Assembly (NCBI GenBank): GCA_965208125.1
Contig: OZ242320.1
Location: forward strand, 2,400,001-2,464,000
Direction of reading: 5' to 3'
From: Candidatus Latescibacterota bacterium
GTDB lineage: Bacteria > Latescibacterota > UBA2968
DNA: 64,000 nt
The translations under genes were made by a program, and so were the position numbers. Shown here in pieces: positions 58,417 through 64,000 of the stretch (its first letter is position 1; each line of letters opens with the position of its first letter). The notes under the pieces are model-generated. The model made no database searches and had not been told where the DNA came from. It saw only the letters and a list, made by a program, of their open reading frames with translations.

Positions 58417-60864
58417 ATGGAGATGCAAAAGAATATCATGAGAGTTTTCATTTTGGTAGGGTATATATATTTGGGATTATGTCAAAGTGCGAATGCCCAA
58501 ATTATGATCACAGGCAAAATTGTCGATGCTGATAGCGGACAGCCATTAGAGACTGCTAATATTAGAGCTAAGGATACGTTTTTTGCAACGATATCTAATG
58601 AAGATGGTGTGTTTGTGCTCGAGGTCTCGGAATTTCCTGTCACGTTGATCATTACGCATATTGGATATGCAGATCAGAGGGTTTTGGTGAATGAGGCTGC
58701 TGAAATCCCGTCTATCAGAATGCAGCCTGTGGCATACCCATTTGAGGAAATTATTGTAACGTCTGATATGGGATCGACAATTATGCAAAGAGTCATTGAG
58801 CAAAAGGGTCAATGGCGACCAAATCTGAAGCGTTTTAAGGCGATGGCATATACGCGGCAAGTCGCTGAAAATCTCGAAGGCGAAGCGCGCATTGTCGGGA
58901 TAGGGGATCTCGTATCTGAAATGCATTGGGATCGCGATAAAGGTTCCCGTGAAGTCATCCTGTCTAAACGCCATACCAAAAACGTCCCGGAATGGTTACA
59001 AACCTATTCCATCGTTAAACCTCTTTATTCACTACCCAATATTTATGATGACGAGGTTTTTTTTGCGGGAAACCGTATTATTGGTCCAACTCATCCAGAT
59101 GCACTCAATTTTTATCATTTTCAGTTGCGTGAGCAACAATACAATGGGGAACAGATTATCTATGAAATATCCCTGCGCCCTAAGACCAAACTCCAACCGG
59201 CTTTTATGGGCCGGGTATTTGTTTTGGATGAAGCCTTTGTGATTTTACGAGCCGAATTAGAGCTCAGTTCTATTATATATTCAAGTGCGCCCTTAGCCAG
59301 AGTAAAAACTTCCTTTCTCCAGCAATTTCAGGAGTTTGGGGACGATATGTGGTTGCCCATTGATTTTCACCTGCAGATTGAGGGAAGCGGAGGTATTCCC
59401 GGATTGTTTCGCACTGCCAGGGGCAGACTGACGTTGATTACACAGTTGAAAAATTTTGAGATAAACCAACAATTTGCCACCCAGATCTACGAGAGGGGCC
59501 AGATTGTTTCGGTTGATGATGTTTCCGTTCGAGAGGACAGCTTATTTACAAAATTTTCAGATAGAATGCCCTTTTCAGAAAGAGAGGAGAAGGCTTATGG
59601 TGAAATTGATGAGAAGTTGACGATTCGCAAGGCATTCCCACCTTCTGGTCCTCTGGCGCGTTGGACCACAATGAGCCTGGGACCGTTGAGGTCACCAGAC
59701 CCGTCTCAGACTCCCAGGGGGTATAGATGGGTTTTTAGTTGGGGAAAGGGCGGAGACTATAATCGCGTCAGTATGGCGGAAATGAGGGCGAGAATGGGTT
59801 TTGGCGTGATCAATTCAGCTACGGGAAGGCGAGATAGGTTGTTCCTTGAAGGTGGATATGCTCAGGGTCCCGCCCGCTGGCTTTATCGCGCTGAATTTTG
59901 GCACGAATGGGGCAGGACCCGTCTTTCGAGGAACCAGGGGCGACTGAGTGTTCGTCATCGAGCCGGTATTGCTGAACGGTATTATTCGTATCATTACGGT
60001 TTTCGCCCGGTAGGCAGGATTTTATCTACGAATAATATCCTCTCGCTATTGGGTTGGGAAGATTACTACGACTATTATTGGAGAGAATCTACAGATGTGG
60101 TATTTTTTCAAACTTTTTTAGAAAGAAAAGCGGGACTGATCGTTGGGTTTCACGATGAGAAGCATTCTTCGCTGGGCAAGCAGACGGATTTCAATATTTT
60201 GGGAAGAGATAAAATACAACGTATAAATCCACCTGTTGATGAAGGTCGGCTCCGTTATATTGATTTCAGATTTTATTTTGCAAAGTCTCGTTATAAGCGT
60301 GCGACTGCTCGGGTTGAATGGGGTTCTTCAGATCTCTTAAAGAGCGATTTCTCTTATGTCAAATACGAATTGGATTTTGATTGGCGTATTGAAACATTTT
60401 TGAAGCGTCGCGCAAGACCCAATGTTTTAGATGTTCGCGTTACGGCTGGCACTTTTACGGGTGATTTACCCGTACAGCGTTTTGGCGTTCTGGATGTTTG
60501 GCGTCCTTTCACTTCGTTTGGCACTTTTAAGCATTTGAATGGCTATCCCTATGAAGGCGAAAAATATTTCGGTGTGTACTGGCAGCACAATTTTCGCTCT
60601 GCGCCTTTTGAGATGTTCAATATGGAATATTTGGCAAAAAGAGGCTTTGATATCATGCTTCATGGCGGATCGGGACGAACCTGGATATCGAAAGAGAAAT
60701 TGGATATGCTACAATATCAACCCCAGGTTCTCGATAAGTTCTATCACGAAGCGGGTATTTCTTTAAACATGTATCATGTGATTCGCATTAACGCGACCAA
60801 AAGGCTGGACGAGGATGGATTTTCAATACGAGCTAATTTTACACTGATGAGGCCCCAATTATGA
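58417..60864 (+). CDS. Outer-membrane protein, carboxypeptidase-regulatory-like + DUF5686-like
   Basis: Signal peptide; ITGKIVDADSGQPL...HIGY; beta-strand-rich C-terminus. Confidence 0.75.
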   Translation: MEMQKNIMRVFILVGYIYLGLCQSANAQIMITGKIVDADSGQPLETANIRAKDTFFATISNEDGVFVLEVSEFPVTLIITHIGYADQRVLVNEAAEIPSIRMQPVAYPFEEIIVTSDMGSTIMQRVIEQKGQWRPNLKRFKAMAYTRQVAENLEGEARIVGIGDLVSEMHWDRDKGSREVILSKRHTKNVPEWLQTYSIVKPLYSLPNIYDDEVFFAGNRIIGPTHPDALNFYHFQLREQQYNGEQIIYEISLRPKTKLQPAFMGRVFVLDEAFVILRAELELSSIIYSSAPLARVKTSFLQQFQEFGDDMWLPIDFHLQIEGSGGIPGLFRTARGRLTLITQLKNFEINQQFATQIYERGQIVSVDDVSVREDSLFTKFSDRMPFSEREEKAYGEIDEKLTIRKAFPPSGPLARWTTMSLGPLRSPDPSQTPRGYRWVFSWGKGGDYNRVSMAEMRARMGFGVINSATGRRDRLFLEGGYAQGPARWLYRAEFWHEWGRTRLSRNQGRLSVRHRAGIAERYYSYHYGFRPVGRILSTNNILSLLGWEDYYDYYWRESTDVVFFQTFLERKAGLIVGFHDEKHSSLGKQTDFNILGRDKIQRINPPVDEGRLRYIDFRFYFAKSRYKRATARVEWGSSDLLKSDFSYVKYELDFDWRIETFLKRRARPNVLDVRVTAGTFTGDLPVQRFGVLDVWRPFTSFGTFKHLNGYPYEGEKYFGVYWQHNFRSAPFEMFNMEYLAKRGFDIMLHGGSGRTWISKEKLDMLQYQPQVLDKFYHEAGISLNMYHVIRINATKRLDEDGFSIRANFTLMRPQL

Positions 60865-61865
60865 ATTTGAAGCCCAAATTTTCGGTGATTATCCCAACAT
60901 ATAATCGCGCAAATTATATTGGGGAGGCTGTTGAGAGCGTTTTGCAACAGACGTATCAGGGTTTTGAACTCATTGTGGTGAATGATGGTTCTACGGATGA
61001 TACGGCAGAGGTGATCAGCCAGTTTGGAGATCGGATTTGCTATGTTGAAAAGGCAAATGGTGGGAAGGCGTCTGCTGTGAATCTGGGTCTGAAATATGTG
61101 ACGGGTGAGTATGTTTGGATTTTGGACGATGATGATATCGGGTTGCCGAATAAGCTCGAGTTGCACGCGGCGCAGTTTGCAGAAGATCCGGATTTGAAGT
61201 TTGTCTATACGGGTTATGAATTCATAGAGGGTGAGAGAAGCGATTTGCCCGTGCGGTCTTTTGAAGCGAGGATGCCGCCCATAGGCGATATGGTGATGTA
61301 TTTGTTTGGGCGGTTTGAGTTGTGCAGTCCCACTGTGGTTGCCCATCGGATGTGTTATGAGAGGGTCGGCTGTTTTGACGAGCGTTTGATTCGCGGGCAA
61401 GATTACGATATGTGGATTCGCATGATACGCGCCGGGTTTAAAATTGGGATTATTAAACAACCCACGCTTCGATGTCGCATGCATGAGGGTGATCGAGGTT
61501 CGGCGTCTGATCGCTTTTCTGCGAGCGATATAAGAAAAAAGAATCGGGAATATCTGGGGCTTATTGTGCAGAAGTTGTATTGGGAGTTGCCTCTACGGGC
61601 TTTTTACAGTCGTTTGGCTCAAGATCCAAATGACCCGATTTTGATTCTGAAGGCGCTGTTGAGGCGTTTGTGGGTGATGCCCCTCGCGCTACAGGACGAG
61701 GTGTTGCGCGATCTGGATATGCTGGAAAGACATGTCGAACAGCATCGCTTGTCTTTTGATGATTCTGCCAACCGTTTTTTGATAAGTCTAAAAAATACAA
61801 CAGAACAAACCACACCCCGTGTTGCCAAAAAGGTTGAAAAAATTCTAAATATGACACATGATTAA
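60861..61865 (+). CDS. GT2 family glycosyltransferase
   Basis: SVIIPTYN, VNDGSTD, LDDDD, QDYDMW. Confidence 0.92.
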   Translation: MNLKPKFSVIIPTYNRANYIGEAVESVLQQTYQGFELIVVNDGSTDDTAEVISQFGDRICYVEKANGGKASAVNLGLKYVTGEYVWILDDDDIGLPNKLELHAAQFAEDPDLKFVYTGYEFIEGERSDLPVRSFEARMPPIGDMVMYLFGRFELCSPTVVAHRMCYERVGCFDERLIRGQDYDMWIRMIRAGFKIGIIKQPTLRCRMHEGDRGSASDRFSASDIRKKNREYLGLIVQKLYWELPLRAFYSRLAQDPNDPILILKALLRRLWVMPLALQDEVLRDLDMLERHVEQHRLSFDDSANRFLISLKNTTEQTTPRVAKKVEKILNMTHD

Positions 61866-61949
61866 TCATCGAATCAAAAAAAAGGCGTCATCGCGGCATG
61901 TTTAAAGCCGCGATCCAGTGTTTTTGCCTTTTCATCTGTGGTTGCTTTT

Positions 61950-64000
61950 ATGTTTAAAATCGGCACCATTCTCGACAACAAATACCAAATCCAGACGCAC
62001 CTGGGAGCCGGAGGCATGGGGGAAGTTTATCGGGTGTTGGACCTGGAGCAAGGCCAGGACTGTGCGCTCAAAATTTTGAATACCATGGTGGATCAGAAGG
62101 CTGTGCATCGCCGTTTCCATAGAGAATTTCAAATGCTGAACAGATTGCAGCACCCGCGCCTGGTAAGCACCTTTGCCTGGGGATTTGCCGAAGGTCGTCC
62201 CTATTTTACAATGGAATATTTGCCCGGAAAGACATTGGAAAAAATAATCGCCGATCAGGCACATTTGGGACAATTTCGGGCGTCTCACTTTTTCAATTTG
62301 ATACAGCAAATTGTCGAGGGATTGGCTTATGTCCACGCGCAGGGTGCAGTGCATCGCGATCTCAAGCCATCCAATATTATGGTTTTGGAAACAGAAGAGG
62401 GGATTGAAACCACGATTCTGGATCTGGGGTTGGCTAAATTTAGACATCTGCACAGTGTTTCCATCACGCAGACGGGGGCAACAATTGGTACAGCAGAATA
62501 TATGTCGCCAGAGCAGGGTAAGGGTCTTTGGGTGGATCATCGGTCAGATTTGTACTCATTGGGCGTGATCTTATACGAAATGCTCATGGGTGCGCCGCCT
62601 TTTTCTGGACAAAACCCGATATCTGTTATTATGAAGCATATTCGAGAGTCACCACCATCAATGGCTGAAGCCCATGTCGAAGTTCCAGCCCAGACGCAAC
62701 AAATAGTGCTGAAGTTGCTGGCAAAGGAGCCTGTTGATCGTTATCAGTCGGCAGAGGAGGTGGTGCAGGCGTTGAATGGTGTGGCATCATCGAGGTTTAT
62801 GCTGTCTGATGACAAGCAGCGCGATGTGCATAGGAAAGTGATGCGGCCGCAATTTGTCGGGCGCGAGTCCGAGATGAAGACGTTGCGCGCGATGTTGCAG
62901 GATGTACAGGCTGGCGAGCAGCGCGTGGTTCTGATCTCCGGTGAGGTAGGGGTGGGCAAATCGAGACTAATTGAGGAACTATTGGGCGACGCTTTGATCC
63001 ATGATTTTCTGTGTTTGAAAGGTGCAGGGCGAGAAGAGGGTGGACAAATCTACGGTGCGTTGGTGGAGGCTTTTCAGCGAGTAAAAACGACGGATTTGGT
63101 GGGGCGGGTGCCCGATTCATTAGAGACGGACAAGTTTTCTGTTATGGAGCACTGGTTGCAGTTATTAAAGCGTCTGCGACAGAAACAGCCCATTGTGTTG
63201 TGTTTGGAAGATATTCAGTGGCTTGATGAATTGACCCTGGAATTTTTGCAGTATGTGTTGCGCGATCCAGAACCCTGCCCATTTTTGTTATGCCTGACTT
63301 ACCAATGGTCTAACAGGGAATCCATTCCAGAGGAAATTGAGAATTTTATAAGTAGTAATGAATTTGCTGGGGCGACCCGGATTCAGTTGGAGAATCTACC
63401 GCGAAAAGAGGTGGGGTATTTAGCGGCGTCGATGTTGGGGGAGCGATCCATACCATCGGATGCATTGCAAACTCTGTTTAGAGAAACGGGTGGGCAACCC
63501 CTGTTTGTCGTGGAGGCTGTGCGGACGCTGGTGAATGCCGATGTGATTCGGCAGAATTTGTATGGCGATTGGCAGTGGGAAGAATTTCCCGAAACCCTGT
63601 TGTCCGATGATATTTCAGAGGTTTTGTACAGGCGCATAACTGCCCTTCCTGCGGTGCAACGTCAGGTCATGGAATACGCGTGTGTTTTTTTGAATGATTT
63701 TTCTTTTGAATTATTGGCTGAGATTTGGCTCGGTGATGAGTTGAAGTTGTTGGATGTGCTCGAAGACTTGATTGAAGAGGGGCTGTTAATTACTTATGGC
63801 GATGAGGAGCGGTATCGTTTTTCACAGGGTTTGTATCGGCGGGCAATTTACGACCGCATGCAAGATGTGCGGCGGCGGTTGTTACATCGTGAAATAGGTA
63901 ATGCTCTGGAAGAGTCGGAAGGTGCAGAAGAATTGACAGAAGAATTGAGTCGGGGTATTATTCGCCGCGTTATTGAGACAAATGAACCCGTTTTGAGTAT
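61950..64000 (+). CDS. Ser/Thr protein kinase + AAA ATPase multidomain protein (runs off window end)
   Basis: GAGGMGEVY, ALK, HRDLKPSN, DLG, YMSPEQ; then FVGRE and Walker A GEVGVGKS; absent from the ORF track because it has no stop in the window. Confidence 0.92.
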   Translation, partial: MFKIGTILDNKYQIQTHLGAGGMGEVYRVLDLEQGQDCALKILNTMVDQKAVHRRFHREFQMLNRLQHPRLVSTFAWGFAEGRPYFTMEYLPGKTLEKIIADQAHLGQFRASHFFNLIQQIVEGLAYVHAQGAVHRDLKPSNIMVLETEEGIETTILDLGLAKFRHLHSVSITQTGATIGTAEYMSPEQGKGLWVDHRSDLYSLGVILYEMLMGAPPFSGQNPISVIMKHIRESPPSMAEAHVEVPAQTQQIVLKLLAKEPVDRYQSAEEVVQALNGVASSRFMLSDDKQRDVHRKVMRPQFVGRESEMKTLRAMLQDVQAGEQRVVLISGEVGVGKSRLIEELLGDALIHDFLCLKGAGREEGGQIYGALVEAFQRVKTTDLVGRVPDSLETDKFSVMEHWLQLLKRLRQKQPIVLCLEDIQWLDELTLEFLQYVLRDPEPCPFLLCLTYQWSNRESIPEEIENFISSNEFAGATRIQLENLPRKEVGYLAASMLGERSIPSDALQTLFRETGGQPLFVVEAVRTLVNADVIRQNLYGDWQWEEFPETLLSDDISEVLYRRITALPAVQRQVMEYACVFLNDFSFELLAEIWLGDELKLLDVLEDLIEEGLLITYGDEERYRFSQGLYRRAIYDRMQDVRRRLLHREIGNALEESEGAEELTEELSRGIIRRVIETNEPVLS

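Noticed and set aside
61932-63637. Short ORFs listed near the window end
   Set aside because: All overlap the unlisted kinase-AAA frame starting at 61950

Overview
A 64-kb bacterial chromosomal segment. It is gene-dense, with a moderately GC-rich core and AT-richer accessory patches. The gene content (internalin-type LRR and ankyrin proteins, three sulfatases, a sialidase, three PhyH dioxygenases, many TA genes) resembles marine sponge symbionts such as Latescibacterota, Gemmatimonadota or Poribacteria; this taxonomy is inference only. Core features are a hybrid-kinase/Hpt/anti-sigma/STAS signalling cluster, tRNA-Pro(CGG), phoB/phoR-like genes, an RNase II family gene, tRNA-Val(GAC), catabolic genes, a TPP-enzyme operon, and a Ser/Thr kinase-AAA gene that runs off the end. 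Four signals are missing from the ORF track. (1) A DIP1984/DUF6847-like gene is followed directly by a 200-nt sequence closed by a long terminal stem, a candidate novel protein + ncRNA system. (2) Four 75-118-bp mini-elements with IS3-like terminal inverted repeats separate foreign gene cassettes downstream of tRNA-Pro, with a fifth copy at 58.2 kb. (3) A BCP peroxiredoxin has an in-frame TGA at the catalytic site plus a SECIS-like hairpin, so it is probably a selenoprotein. (4) A degenerate tRNA-Val 3' copy delimits a ~12.3-kb integrase-less island. All assignments come from reading motifs by eye; no database searches were run.
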